Below are positions 1 through 14,866 of a DNA stretch of 64,000 nt, piece after piece. Below the pieces are notes generated by a model, which searched no databases, had not been told where the DNA came from, and saw only the letters and a list, made by a program, of their open reading frames with translations. The number at the start of each line of letters is the position of its first letter. Within the stretch, counting starts at the first letter, position 1. The position numbers and the translations under genes are program-made. Origin of the DNA: the human T2T-CHM13v2.0 reference genome, Homo sapiens; assembly GCF_009914755.1 (NCBI RefSeq), contig NC_060928.1; one strand, written 5' to 3'.

Positions 1-847
1 TCATTCCCGTGGGGCTGGGACCTGGGGGCTGGGGGTGGGAGGGAACTGGGAGAGGTCTCCTTTCAGGTTTGTCAAAGTGGAGGGGCCCTGAAGCCTCTGG
101 GTCCAACCTCCTGAAGGAATGCCAGTGCCCCAGGGCCAGAGCAGGGTGGTGTGTGGTGTCGGGGAGAGATGGGCTGACCACCATCTGCCAGAGTTGCAGG
201 AGTGCAGGGACGGGGCTGTGGTCTCTACTCGCCTGGGTCCCAGGCAGGGGTCCAAGATGGTGGAGCCCATTCTCCAAATGAGGAAGCCAAAATGGAGTGT
301 TTCTTCCAGAGGGGGGAACCAGGCCATTTTTCTTCATCTCCAAGGCTGACAGCTTGGAATGTCCTCTGGGCACAGAGCTCTGGCGGTGGAGGAGACCAGC
401 TTCCTGGGACAAATGCCTGCTCTCCACGCCCGGGAGGAGAGGGGGCAGGGTGGTGCGTCAGACCCAGGCCCTGTGGCTGGCAGGGGTAATGCTTCTCGAT
501 GTGGCCCAAGGAGTACAGATTCCAGGGTCCCACCTCTGAGTCAAATGCAGTTGATTCTCTGGAGGCATGGCCTGGGAATCTGCATCCTAGCAACTGCAGG
601 AGTCCAGGTGCATACCTGTCCGAGGGCCCCTGTGGCTTCAGTGCTCACTGCCATGCACAGGTACATGAACCAATACCAAGCTGCCACATGCAGAAAGTGC
701 CCAGGGCCATCAGATGCAGGTGGAGTGCTGCCTACCAGAGTGGCAGACATGGTCCTGAGGATGGGCAGTGGCCACGGCGGGGGGCGGGGGGAATCATGGG
801 CAGAGAGGACTCTCCTAGGCAGAGGAAAGGCCAGGAGCTCAGGTCCA

Positions 848-1014
848 GAGGTGGGTGCTGGGTAGAGAGTCAGGTGGGGGCTGGGTGGAGGGTCAGGAGG
901 GGGCGGGGTGGAGGGTCAGGTGGGGCCGGGTGGAGGGTCAGGTGGTGGCTGGGTGGAGGGTCAGGTGGTGGCTGGGTGGAGGGTCAGGTGGGGGCTGGGT
1001 GGAGGGTGGGGGGG
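848..1014 (+). repeat. ~23-bp G-rich minisatellite, about 7 copies
   Basis: Unit GGGTGGAGGGTCAGGTGG(G/T)GGCT. Confidence 0.85.
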
Positions 1015-4000
1015 TATGGACCGTTAAGTGGGGGCAGGTGAAGCCTGGGGTTAGTCCATTGGTGCAACTGGCTTCTCTTGCAGGAACTGGGGGAGAAGAG
1101 GGTTCCTGAAAGGAAGGTGCAGGTGAGAGATGGGCTCTGGGGTGTGGCCACAGCAGAGCCCATGGTGAGGGGCCCGTGGGAGGGTCTCCCTGGTCTTGCT
1201 GCAACTCCAGTCTGGCTTAGCTGACTCTGCAGATGACCCTGCCCCTTGGGCCCACAGATAAACTCGTCCCTGGGCCTCTGGATTCCAGCCGCAAAGGGCG
1301 TCCTTCTGGGTCTGGCTGGGTGGGGAGGAGTGTGCAGGGTGGGCAGAGCCAGGGGTGGGCTCAGAGTCCTGGTTCCAGGCTCAGCACCCCTTCCTGGGTC
1401 ACCATTCCCTTTGTCCAGGCTGCTCATCCCCCAAAGCCCAGGCCTACTGGCTGAAAGTTCCAGAATTAGAGTCACCTTGCATGGGTCAGTTCTATCCACA
1501 GGAAAGCTGCGTAACAAACCATCCAGCACAATGGCTTGCAGCAGAAAGTGTTTCTTTCTTGCTCTTGAGTCTGTGAGCTGGCAGGGGCTAGGCAGGGCTC
1601 CAGGCGGAGGGTTCTCCTCTGCTCTGTGCTTCGTCCCTGCTGCTGGGAGCAGGGGACCAGCCAGTCATGCCCTTTTCATGGTGGAGGCTGGGCACTTGTA
1701 GAGGGACTGGCAGAGGCAGGAGATGCTTGTGGTGTGGGCCCAGAATACTCACGCTGGCAACCCTCCGGCCCTACTGCCAAGACAGCTTCCCAGTGGTGCT
1801 GTGGGGGCCGGGGGTGACCTTTGCTGAGTGGTCATCTTACATTCCGCCTCCTTGCTTTATGAAGCACCCCTGGTTCCCCGGACCGTGCAGGCACCCACTT
1901 CGAGTCCTGTGCCCATCCCCTGTAATCCTACCCTGCTGTCTGCCAGCTCAGGACTGGAGGCTCCCCAAGGTCGGGGCTGCCTGGAATCACTGCTGCCCTG
2001 TGGTGTTGGCACACAACAGTGTTTCATGAGGAATCAAGGAAGGGAGGGAGGGCGAGGGCGAGACAGAGAGGAAGACAGGGAGGGAGGAAGAACGGAAGAT
2101 GCAGATGCCAGACTCACACTCAGAGAGAGAGGAGGGAGGAATGACTCCCAAAAGCGCTTCTGGGCCCAGGGGTGGGCGGGCCCCTAGGACCTGCACCTCT
2201 CAGCTGTTCTGCCCCTCCCTGCAGAGGACAGCCTAGGTGGTCAAGAGGGGCAGGAGCTGGCCCTGCCAGCCAGGCCTTGCTTTGGGAGGCAGCCACTTCT
2301 CCAAAATGCCTTGTGCAGAATTGCTCTTTCTTCTGCTGGGAATCTGAAAGCACTGACGCTCCCCCTTCCTGGCCTTCCCGGCTCATCCTCAGGCTCCCTG
2401 CCCTGGCCTGGAGGTGTGCAGGCTGGCAGGAGGAGGGGCGTCATCACAAAAGGCTGCACTGCACCCTGCACCCCCACGAATCCTGAATCTGAATCCGGGA
2501 GCAGCTGTTGAACAGAGAGGATCAGCCCCCAAAGCAATCCCACCCCAGGCGTGGCACGAAATGACTTGCTTTGGTCTTGAAATACATGAGCCTGGATCCT
2601 AGCACCTCTGAAGGCCCTTAAAAGATGTAATTGCTTGACTGCAATTATTTTAGGAGGTTTAACTAACCGCATGGGTACTTTTTAAGAATATTCTTGAGCT
2701 TAAAATTCCACCCACGGCCCCCGAGGGTGGGGCTCTGAGCGTCGCCCAGGGGCCTTCGTCCCTCCCACAGTTGGTGCAGCTGTGCCCCAAGAAGGGGGTC
2801 TCAGGAGGGGGCTCTGGCGAGGCAGCCAGCCCTGCCCAGGAGGTGCTGCCCCCACTGCCAAGGAGACAGAGTGAGGAGAGCCAGGGACCCCCTCCTGCAG
2901 CTCCAGCCGAGGAGAGCTGGGGGGATGAGGAAGAGGGAGGGCCGGGAGGGAGAAAAAGTGATTTTCTTAGTGACAGGCACTTTTCTGAGCCCTGACTTCC
3001 TGGGTGATTAAATGCGGAACGACGCTTCCTCATCAGGTTCTTGTGAGGATTAACGCAGAGAATGCAGGTAAAATGAGGTAAAACGCCCAGCGCAGGAGCT
3101 CGCACCCAATTAATCCTCTGGAGATGGCCGCGGCTGTTGTTACCGGGCAGTTCATCTCCGGCTCTGGGATGAGGCTGGGACGCCAGCTTCCAACTTCCAG
3201 AGGAAATTTTAGCATCCGTCCAGGTGCTATCAAAGCACCAAAGCCAAGACAAAAACCAAATACCCACCTGCCCAAACCACCGAGAGTGGCCCGCCCCACA
3301 CTGTGCCCTGCCCCACGCTGTGCCCTGCCCCACACTGGCGTGGGCAGACACTTTGAGGAGCTGAGTTAACAATGGGTTTCTAAAGGATTAGCCGAAAACA
3401 ATTACATGTGATTTATGAGGATGGTAGGAAGGGATGAGCAATGAGCACAATTAGTAGAGGAGTAATAGTGATTTTAAAAGTTGTTTTAGGTGTGGCGAAA
3501 TCACAGCGTGCGTGCGAGGGCTGGCACCTGCCGGCCTTCCTGGGAGACTGCCTGGCCCTCTTCCTGTGGAGGGTGGTACTCAGGGTCCGCGGGGAAGGGA
3601 CACTTTCCAAGCATCAAGGAGGCGCCACCCCGTGCTACGGTCGGCTTCTAGTGGAGGGAACTGAGGCGGGGAGAGCTTGAGGTATTTGCCTGGGGACGTA
3701 CGGGAGCAGGAGGTGGGACCCGGACGTCCTGGCTCAGCGCAGCCTTTTCCAGTACCCGGGACCATGGGCCAGCCTGTGTCCCCCGGCGCCAGGCAGAGCG
3801 GTCCCAGGCACGCGCCCCAGGGGGCTTATTGAACTGCATATCCCACAAAAACCCTCACTGACATAAACGTGCCCTGGCTGGTGGCCCCTGCCTGGGAACT
3901 GGAAGTCAGGGCTGATGTGCCTGGCCGGCCGTGGTTGCGGTGGGCAGGGCCAAGCGCCGGGGCTGGGGGGCCACTTCCACCCTTTCCCACACGCTGCTGC

Positions 4001-4249
4001 CTCAGGGGGCACATTCCGGGGCTGGCTCTCTGTGGGTAGAACCAAGCTGCTTCTGAGGGGCTGAACTCAGCACCCAAGTCCTCCCCTCGCCTTCTCTTTC
4101 CACCAAACCAAAGGCTCGCCCAGCCTCGGCTGCAGCAAGGAAGAGGTGGCCGATGTGTGCAACGGGGGCCAGGACATGGGGGCATAATGTGCCCTTGTGC
4201 CTGCTCTCCAGGGCGCTTCATGTTCCATCCCATGAAATAAGCGTCATTC

Positions 4250-4330
4250 TCAGCCCTGTTTTATAGAGGGGGAAACTGAGGCACGGGAGGTTCAGCAACT
4301 TCCCACGATGGGCACCTAACCCATGTTAGG
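4250..4330 (-). mobile_element. MIR fragment
   Basis: ttttatagagggggaaactgaggcac matches the MIR core. Confidence 0.6.
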
Positions 4331-4599
4331 CGGCAGAGCTTCATGGCTCAGGCCGCCAGGGTCAGGGGCCACAGTCCTAACCATGAAGCCATCCTGCCTT
4401 GATGAATGTGGCGTCAATGGGCACCCCGGAGCCAGCCCCCGGCCCTCCCCTGGCTGTTCTGTCGTGGGGAGAGTTGGGTCTCAGGCTATCTCTGAGCATC
4501 TCGGCTGGCCCCCACCTGCCCTTCCCTGAGCTGGCTCCTTACGGCCCTGAGAAGTAAAAAATATCCCTTTCCTTAGCAACTTGACCCCAGGACATAATG

Positions 4600-5240
4600 A
4601 AGGGGGCGGGGGAAGGGAGAAAGAGAGGGAGGGAAAGGGGAGAGGAAGGGAGAGGAGAGAGAGAGGGAGGGAGGGAGGGAGGGAGGGAGAGAGACAGGGT
4701 GGAAGATGAGAGAGGGAGGGAGGGAGGGAGAGAGACAGGGTGGGAGATGAGAGAGGGAGGGAGGGAGAGGACAGAAAGAGGAAGGGAGGGAGAGAGAGAG
4801 GGAGGGAGAGGAGAGAGAGGAAGGGAGGGAGGGAGAGAGGACAGAGGGAGAAGAGAGAGAGAGGGAGGTAGAGACGGAGAGGAGAGAGAGAGAAAGGGAG
4901 GGAGGGAGAGAGAGAGGGAGGGAGAGGAGAGAGAGAGAGGAAGGGATGGAGGGAGAGAGAGAGGAAGGGATGGAGGGAGAGAGAGAGGAAGGGATGGAGG
5001 GAGAGAGAGAGGAAGTGAAGGAGAGAGAGAGGAAGGGAGGGAAGGAGAGAGAGAGAGGGAGAGGAGAGAGGAAGGGAGGGAGAGGCAGAGGAGAGAGAGA
5101 GGAAGGGAGGGAGGGAGGGAGAGGGAGAGGAGAGAGAGGAAGGGAGAGAGAGAGGAAGGGAGGGAGGGAGAGAGAGAGAGGGAGAGAGAGAGGGAGGGAT
5201 GGAGAGAGAGAGAAGGAGGGAGAGAGAGAGGGAGGGAGGG
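4600..5240 (+). repeat. ~640-bp GA-rich polypurine/polypyrimidine tract
   Basis: Almost pure A/G (GGGA, GAGA, GGAAGGGA units). Confidence 0.95.
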
Positions 5241-6106
5241 CTGAATTCTTCCAGGCTCAAGGCTTTGAATTAGGTATCTTGGGCTCAGATACTTGCGAGT
5301 ACAGTTCAGGGACGTCAACTCCTGCCTCAGGGCGGTTGTGTTGACCTCTGCAAACTCCTCAAAACATGCCCCACCCACCGCCCCACTGCCCTGAGCCCTA
5401 ACCCAGCTGCTTTGCTTCTCATCGCTTTTCCCAGGGAATTAAAAACCCCACAGCCTTCCCCACGGCCATGTGACTCCAGCGGTTCTTCCTCCCCATCCAC
5501 CGTGAGCCCCTCAGTGTGGGGACCCTGCGGCAGGGCCCCATTGAGTGGAGTCAGTGGGACGCAGCTGGCGTGGAGGGGTGGGGGCGCTGAGCGGCTCTGG
5601 GGACCACCTCCAGGTAGCAGGTTGCCAAGTGCATCAGGCAGGACTGTCCCCCTCTGAGCCTCTGCCCCCCATGTCTCCCCACAACTGAGGGGAGGGTCTC
5701 AGGCGGAGACAGACTGTGCTCAGATCTCCCCGGAGCCTCAGCCCACAGTCAGCGCCCGGGATGCTGGTGGGTGTCCCCACGCACACCACCTCTGCTTGCC
5801 CCCATACTCACAGGGAGGGGCCCTGGGGAGCGGCAGGGTCGGCGCTGGCCCTCGGCCGGCCATGTGCTCCTCCCACCCTGCACTGGGAGCTGCTGGCTGG
5901 GTGGTCTCAGGCTGGCACAGCAGCAGAAAGCCGTCCTCATCACCCCCCAGGATGGTTGTGGCCCACCCTGGAGCGCCCCAGCTTTGTATGAGTCTGGGAG
6001 TCGGTTTCTGGGACACACCACTTAGACACTCATGTCTCACCACCCGACTTCAAGGCCACACGACCATGTGGACAGCGCGGGGACCTTCAGTTCCTGTGTT
6101 CTATAA

Positions 6107-6552
<446 letters not shown>

Positions 6553-9054
6553 TTACATTCTCCCAAATGTCCATGGTGGAAATGGTCAAGTTCTGTCATC
6601 AGAAAAGCAAGAAGCAACACGAAGAGGTCTCCCTGCAGATGGCCCCGCACAGCCCAGCGGGGAGCCCCACGTCCCCCAGCCTCTCCCTGCACAGGGACTG
6701 GGGCTCCCCAGGTCTCAGGGCCCAGTCCCTCCCCACCGTGGGGGCCACCGCTCCTGCCTCAGCACTGGCTACCAGCTGTGGCCGTCTGCAGGCCTGGAGG
6801 AGGGCCCTGAATCCTGCCATCCCCACAAGAAGGCCAGTGGGGGTGGGGCTCCCACAGGTTTACCCCCAAGTCTGGCTGTCCAAGTATCCCTTCCTCTGCA
6901 ATGCCCCCATGCTGAGCGGTGCCCCCTGCGGGGAGCCTTGGAGCCCAGCCAGCCTCCCGGGACACAGCAGGACAGAGTCCAGGCCCCTCCCCCTGCCAGT
7001 CACCCCCGGATCCCACTGCTGGACTCCCCCCGTGTGTGGTGGCCAAGCGTCTCTCACCCTCTGTCTCCACTGTCCTCCTTGGACTCCCAGAGATGGGGCC
7101 ACCCCCTCACTCCCCAAAGGGGAGCCCCGCAGCTCACGGCGGGCAGCGGCTTTCCCAGGGCCTTCCAATGAGTGGTGGCATCAGAATCCACACTGGTCAG
7201 ACACGAAGGCTAGGGTCCTGACCACCTCGAAGAAGCTCCCCTCACCTGGCCCCACCTCTGGCCCAGCTTCGGAAACCCAGCCCAGGGCACCTGGTCGGGC
7301 CTGGGCCGTCATTCCTGTCCCCAGGGAGAGGGTGTGAGGATCAGGAAAACACCGGAAGAGTTTCCTGATGCCTGAAAAAAAATCGTCCGGGCAGCAGCTT
7401 TCCCCTGGGAACCTCTCAGGGCACGGGGCCTGCTCCCCTCCCGTGGTTGTCACTGCGGCTTGCCCTGCAAGGGGCCGTCTGTGCACACGGGCACCCCCAG
7501 GGCTGAGCTTCCCCAGGACAGGGACAGGACCCGCTGCTGGGCTCTGCCTGACTCGCCATCTTGGCCATTGCATCCTGTCTGTCTCCTGGGGGGTTCTTGG
7601 GTTTGAGCTGGTGCAGGGAGCATGAGAGGGGGTCTGCGTGGAAGATGAGTGGGGCAGCACGCCCCCGGACCCCGCCCTCCAGAATAGAAGGGCGAGCAGA
7701 TGTGGCCCCAGGATCCAACACCACCCGGGGCGGTCCCTGGGCCAGCATGGGAAACAACACCCAACTGGGTTCAGAATCCCCGATGGTGACCCAGAGGGCT
7801 GTGGGGGCTGAGCTGGGGAACTCTGGCATCACTTCATCCTCACTTTGTGTCTCTGAGGCAGGCAAGCAATTGCTGTCACTGTCATGGTCACTGCCACACC
7901 CATGATCGGGTGAACAAGCTCACTTCCTGCACACTCTCAGTCATTCATCCATCCGCTCACTCACAGGCGCGCACAGGGAATTACTAGCATTTTCTCACCA
8001 CCCTTCTGTCAAGGATTGATGAATAACTCATGGGCCCTGCTCTCTCCTGAGACCATAGAACCATCCATGGCTCCCCAGTTCTTTGACATCTGCCCTGTTC
8101 TCCCACTTCAGTTCTGAGAAAGCTTGTTGGTTGATTCTGTCTCCTGCATTTCAATAGCTATTTAACCTAACCAGAGCTTTGGCCTTGGTGAAATTGATTT
8201 CAAAGGAGAAGGAAATAATATTCCATTAAAGTCACTGAAAAATTGATCATCCAGTCTCTGTGCGATCTCAGGGGTAGAGATGCTAACGACTGTTTAGACT
8301 GAATTTCCGTCCTTGCACGGCTCCAGGTTTTACATCAATCCCAGGCGAACAGCCACTGCAGGGCTGGATGCCGGGAGACCTGGCAGCAGATGACTATTTG
8401 GAGCTCTGGGATTCCTGTGTGCTTAGTCTCTCATTTCCAGAGTGTTCAGCTGACGTGCTTCTTGCCCCGTTCCTCCTTGTATAGCAAAAAGCTCAATTAC
8501 TGATGCCCCAAATTCAGCCCCCACTGGGCCTGGCCCCCAGGAAGCTCAGAGGATGGTGGGGGGCCCCACAGGGCCTCAGATTGGGTGGCCTCATTTCCAC
8601 CTTGTTTCAAACTGCCATCACCTGTTTGAAAGTTGAAGTTCTTACCCTGACCTCAAGGGGAGATGCGGTGGCCCCACCCCAAGGTGTGGTCCTGGAGGAC
8701 GAGCACACACCCAGACCCTCCCCCTATCCAGAGACAAATGGGGAGGAGCAGAGTGGCCCTAGCTCTGGTGAGTTTCCAGTCTGGCCCCCGACTCTGACCC
8801 TGACTCCAGGGTGGTGTTGGTTCCTGGGGCCACATCTGCTCGCCCTTCTATTCATGAGGGTGGGGACCAAGGGCGTGCTGCCCTACTCATCTTCCGGCCA
8901 GACCCCCTCTCATGCTCCCCTGCACCACCTCAAACCTAGGAAACCCCCAGTGTGTCCTGCAGGGAGGTCCTCCCCTTGGCTCCCAGGAATTCGGGGCACA
9001 GCTGGTCGGGTTTACATTCCACGGATACTGAGTGCCATGGACATGCAGGGCATT

Positions 9055-9435
9055 TAGGGTGCCGGTGGGGGCTGGGGGTGCCCAGGGCGGGTGCTGGTGG
9101 GGGCTGGGGGCACAGGGCAGGGACCAGTGGGGGCTGGGAGCACAGGGTGGGGGCTGGGGGCGTGGGGGGTGCTGGTGGGGGCTGGGGACGCAGGACAGAG
9201 GCCCGTGGGGGCTGGGGGTGCAGGGTGGGTGCTGGTGGGGGCTGGGGGTGCAGTGTGGGTGCCGGTGGGGATTGGGGGCACAGGGCGGGTGCCAGTGGGG
9301 GCTGGGGGTGCAGGGCAGGGGCCAGTGGGGGCTGGGGGTGCAGGGCAGGGGCCAGTGGGGGCTGGGGCCCCAGGGCGGGGGTGCCGGTGGGGGCAGGGGG
9401 CGCAGGGCAGGTGCTGGTGGGGGCAGGGGGCACGA
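9055..9435 (+). repeat. ~30-bp G-rich minisatellite, about 12 diverged copies
   Basis: Unit approximately GTGGGGGCTGGGGGTGCAGGGCAGGGGCCA. Confidence 0.9.
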
Positions 9436-9930
9436 GAGGTTTGGGAACTCTGTACCTTCTGCTCATTTTTCCTATGAACTTAAAACTGCTCTAAAGACAT
9501 TTGAAAATAAATAACTGTATACATGTGCATAGATACATAGCAGTGCCGTCCCGCCCTCAGTCCATGGCCCTGTAGCACCCTGAGTTGTCACCAATGTTCC
9601 CTGTGACATTGTTCTTTTCCCATGACAGCTAACAGTCTGGCAGGGTGCCATAGGCTTTGTGCACAGACCACCTGCCACAGAACCTCCCGGGCCTGCCCTG
9701 AGGTGGGAGGTGGCAGGATGAGCTGGCAGAGAGGAGCTGGGGGGCCTGCAATTCCCTGGGGGCCAGGCCCTGGCCCTGGAGTAGGGGGTCCGTCAGCCCC
9801 TTCACTCTTAAGGAAGCTGCTGGTTCAGGGCCATCATGGCCATGTCCGCCGGGATCTCCAGGCCAGCTCTTCTGCCCAGGGCTGGGAGCTCACAAGGGCC
9901 CATCTCATCACCCCTAGACCCCTTCTGGGT

Positions 9931-10074
9931 TTAACCCATTTATGCTTGAGGTTGCAATTTTTAAAATGTTTACATGAGTAAAAAATCAGACCTTGGTGAT
10001 GACATTGAGCAGTTGGATATAAATAACTCCCACAGGCTTAGCGTTCCAATAATGAAACACTAGGCATAAATGTT
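9931..10074 (-). mobile_element. MER85 piggyBac (PGBD3-family) MITE
   Basis: TTAA-CCCATTTATGC left end and AGGCATAAATG right end; internal AAAAATCAGACCTTGG...GATATAAATAACTCCCACA-GCTTAGCGTTCCAATAATG matches the reverse complement of the recalled MER85 consensus. Confidence 0.88.
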
Positions 10075-11544
10075 ATCAAGCGGCAAGTTCTCATGGCCAG
10101 CGCTGTCTCCTTCCACTTTGACTGGAGAGCCAGTGGCCGTGGAGAGTCCAGACACAGGCAGAATGGCTCTCATGGCCCCCATGGCTCCTGGCCACGTCAT
10201 TCGAAGTGTAGATGCTGGGCCTAGGCTGGCCCTGTGACCTCTGCCTGGCCTGACAGAGACAGAGGTGGGCTCCACGGGAATCCAGGAGCCTCCGGTGAAG
10301 TCCAGAGGCAAGCTGGAGGTGGGGAAGGATGCTTGCTAAGCCCGGTGCCTGCCTCCCGGCTCTTGGCCCTGCTGTTGAGCGGGTTTTTCTAGTCTTCTGA
10401 GATAAACACACTCAGGAGTTTGTAGGGTTTGAGCCTCCAGTATCCTCACATTCTGAGACTAACAGCTCATGCTTCCAGGGTGCCCTGGCCTCAGGTGCTC
10501 AGATTCTGCGATTCCGGAGTGCAGGCTGGGGTGGAGGAAGTCCATTCTCTTGCATTCTGAGATTCGGCCTCCAGCGTCTGCTTTGCTGGGATGCCCTGCT
10601 GGGCTGCAGGCTCCCCAGGGGAAGGGACCAAGCCTCGCTCCTCTGGATCCCCTTCCCAGGGCCCACATGATTTTCTGAGAGCAGTGCTTATGATCGATTT
10701 CTTGTTTTATCAAATAAGGGAAAGCCATGAGCTTCTTCAAGCTGCATTTAGCAGTAATGAGGACATGCCCTTATTTCTCGTTGAGCTGTGGCTGCCAGTT
10801 ACAGACGGGGGCTTAGATAAACACTCGCCAGCAACCTGGGGCTGGGGCCAGGCCCCAACAGGAGCCCTGTTTGCACTGGTGCTCGGGGGAGCCTGGCGAG
10901 GAGGTGCATCTCCATGCCGGAGAAAAGCAGGTGTCGTTTCCAAGGAAACTTCGCCTGCACTTTTCTAAACATGAGCCGGCGGGGCTGTTTTTTTATCATC
11001 CCCACTGCACAAGGAGGAAGCCTCTTCTCCCTGGGCTTACAGAGGATGGAGAGGCAGAAACAGAAAAGAGAGCCGGGCCAGGCCTGTTGCCTGCCACCCA
11101 AGGGAATGTTCACCCCAGGAGTGGCCACCCCCAGGCCTGTGGCAACGACTCAGCGTGCTGCCCATGTGTGGGTCCGAGGCCCGGTGGCGGGCAGCGCTGC
11201 AGACACCGCACAGGTGATGTGGCCGCACCCTGTCCGGGGGAGCTTGAAAGCTCAGACCCTGCCAGAGACGGTGTCCTCACCAAAGGGCAGCACGGCCCGG
11301 GGCTGAACGTGTGGCTCCCCACTCACCCCTGAGGACCCGATCTGTGAAATGGGAGGAACTCCTCATTTCTCCATGCAGCATGGGGAACAGTGAGATAATA
11401 AGAAGGGCCTCCTGCACTGATGCTCCCGGATTAAAATGGGAGCCACCTCATCCCCACTAATCAGCAAGGAGCTTTCAGGAGACAGCACAGCATGAGACAG
11501 AGTAGGCCCGGGAGGTGGGCTGTCTGTGTCAGCGTGGGCTCTGA

Positions 11545-11680
11545 TGCTTCCTCGCTGTGTGTCCTCAGGCAAGTTTCTGAACCTCGCTGGGCCTCTGCTC
11601 CTTCTCAGTAAAATTGGGATGATCATAATCTCTCCCTGAGAGGGCTGGTTTGAAGGCCGAATGAGTTAATGAATGCAAAC
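11545..11680 (+). mobile_element. MIR fragment
   Basis: tgtgtgtcctcaggcaagtttctgaacctc...gtaaaattgggatgatcataat MIR core. Confidence 0.7.
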
Positions 11681-14530
11681 AACAGCCTCCCCCCAACACA
11701 CACACACCCCACCAGGGTAAAATGCTCAGTAGACATTAGCCGTGTCCCGTGAGATGTTCGCCATCTGTGGGAGAGACAGAAGCGGTGAAATTCACAAGGA
11801 ACATACCTGTATGTACAGCGAACAGTGGGCACGCAGTAAATATGTTTAGTATGGAGGGACACCTGCTTACTCCAGAGGACACCCGCCCTCCTGGGAAGGT
11901 GCCTCCACAGGGCTTCTGGGCAGAGATGCTGCTTCAGGTCTAGGGCTGGCGGGTGGGCTCCTGCATGGTCTGCAGTGGAGCTTGAGGGAGCAGGGCTGCC
12001 GGTGGCTGCTGTCCTGGGGAAGGGGGGCGAGACTGGAGCCAGACCCCAGCAGCTGACCCCTGAGGCCCTACCCGCCTGCCTGGGGGATGGAACTCCAGGT
12101 GTGGACACAGGAGTGCTCAGGATTGGCTAGAAGCTTCAGAAACACTGCCGCCCAGAGCCAGGCAGGGGCTTGTCCCAAAGATAGAGGGGGAGGTGAGCTA
12201 CGGGCCACCTGCAGCCTGCCCCCCACCTGCCTTCTCTCCCCTGAATCGCGCTGGAACCGTGATTGACAAGTGTCTGCATCTCCTGAGCGCCTCTCCAGAG
12301 CGGAGCCCGGAGCTCTGTGAGAAGAGCTTTTCCCTCCACTGACTTCTCTGCACACCCTTCCCTTGAAGAATGTAGAGAAGATCGCATTTTGTAAAGCAAA
12401 ATATTTGCTTTTTCTAAAAGCTTCAAAATCATCTTTTTTTTTTCTTTCTTTCTGGGGGAAATTTGGCAGCTCAAGCAGTTCGTCTGCCTCTGGAGGATCA
12501 CTCCAAATAACAAAATGCTGTCAGGAGCCTGGAGCCACCGGGCAGTGCTGGCCATGAGTGGCCTCTTGAGGGAAACTGAGACACCGGCCCCATGTTCCTG
12601 GTGCTCGGAGGCGCTGCCTGTGGCAGGCAGGTGTGAGCTCAGGTGCCCAGAACTGCCTCACCAAAGCCGAGCGGTTCTGAAAGATGCCTCTCAAGTCTTG
12701 TCACTCAATATGCAGGTAAAAGTCAACCCTGACCTCGGCCTTGCAGCCTTGAGATCTGGAAACAAGCCCAATGCCATAGGCGCTGGCCCCTGGGGAAGGT
12801 GAGGCAGCATGGGCCCAGAGTCCCAGCGGCCTGGGTTCGAAGCCCAGTGCTGCACCCACATGAGTTACTCTCGGAGCCTGTAAGGCGAGATGGCGTGAAG
12901 GACGATGTCGCTAACCTGCCCACGACAGAGTAGGTCCCCACACCAGGGAGGCCACACTCCTCATTCATCTTCACATCCCGAGATCTCCACTGGGCAGGCA
13001 ACCGGCCCGCCGTGTATGAGGCCCTGCTGGCGGGGATGGGAAGCGGGGACCCAAAGACCTGGGCAGTCACAGGCAAAACGGGGGCTCCTGTGCAAGAGGG
13101 AGGACACGGGGGGTTCCCCGTGGGAAAGGGGCAGCCCCAGAAGATGTAGCCTTCTTGGCAGCAGGGACCACACACGGCCTGACTCAAGCCAGTCAAGATT
13201 TTGTAACGGGGTCTGGGGACCAGGATGGGCCCAGGCACAGCAGGACCCAACGACATGAGAAGGGGCCCGTATCTCTGTCCAAGTCCAGGCTGGAGGCTGC
13301 TGCCAGGCACGTCTTACAGTCGCTGCGTCTGCCCAGCTTAGCAGTCCAGGGGAGAGGAAAGTGCCCAGCCCTGTGGCCCTAGAAATGTGTCCCGGGGAAG
13401 CGTCTGATGGGCTCCTCTGGGGCAATCCCCGTGGCTGGGGAGTGGGCTCACCTAGGTCAGGTGCCCACCCAGAGACCTGGGCAGACTGGACCGTGGGATC
13501 AGGCATAGTCAGATGACAGCAAAAGCAGAGGTCTGTTGCCAGAAAGGAGGGAAGGGCATAAAGTGGGATGGCCCCAAGGAAGGTGCCCCTGAGGTCCCAT
13601 CAGCCACCCCGGAGACGAGAGACGCTCATTCCCCGTGTGTGTGTGAAGGCGCGTGGTGTGGGGTGCGGGAGACTGTGTAACAGGCATTGCAGTGTGGAGG
13701 TTTCACCCAGTCGTTTTCATAAAACTTGGCTTAAACCCTTGGCCCCAATTCCCACCCCCTTGATGGAGGCAAAGGCTGTGGCTTGGAAAGACGACATCAC
13801 CATGGTGCTTAGTGGGGCAAACCCAGTTTTATAGACAGTATTGAGGTGGCCTTGAGCACCCTATGTACCAGGCAGTGCCCTCTCACCCTGGAGGACGCAG
13901 CTAGACCCCCAGGCTCTAGGGGAGAAGGCCCATCCCATGGGCCAGGTGGGGCAGAGGCGAGGCTGTCAGGAGACGCGGCACAGGGATGGGCCTGGAGCTC
14001 TGGAGGAGTGCGAGGGCCTAGCAGCGGCTGTGACCTGGGGACGAGGTTGTGACTGTGGCAGCTGGCTCTTCCCAGGGGCTGGGTGGCCCAGGAGCTCAGT
14101 CGGTTGCCCGTGAATGTGGCCCAGTGCACACCTGGCCCCAGGTTCCATGTGAGGAGGCCCCAGCAGGAGGGGACAAGACGGTCTTGGGCTCAGCCCCATG
14201 AAGCTTACGTTCTAGTGCAGGAGAGCGACGGAAGCCAGAGGAGCCGGTGGGCAAACGAACAGAATCCCAAAAAGCTGTGGGTCCAACCACAGACCCAGCT
14301 CCACCTCCCACGTCCCTCCACAGCGTCCAGGCTGGGGGTGTCCTCGGTCCTGGGACCATGCCTGGCCCTACTAGGCCTGGCCCTGAGATGCCTTGACATT
14401 CAAAAATCAGCCAGGAGTGTGTGGATGGTGATGACTGTGTAAGTATCACTCAGGGTGAGGCCAGGCCTGCCGTGACGTCTTCTCCCACAATCCCTGGGAA
14501 TTTGAGGGTAACTGCAGAGCAAGTGGGTTA

Positions 14531-14866
<336 letters not shown>

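Noticed and set aside
4481-5378. Long Ser/Leu/Pro and Glu/Arg/Gly ORFs
   Set aside because: Translations of the GA-rich simple repeat.
8936-9514. Elastin/silk-like Gly-rich and Pro-rich repeat ORFs
   Set aside because: Open in nearly all frames because the G-rich minisatellite lacks stops; no gene structure.
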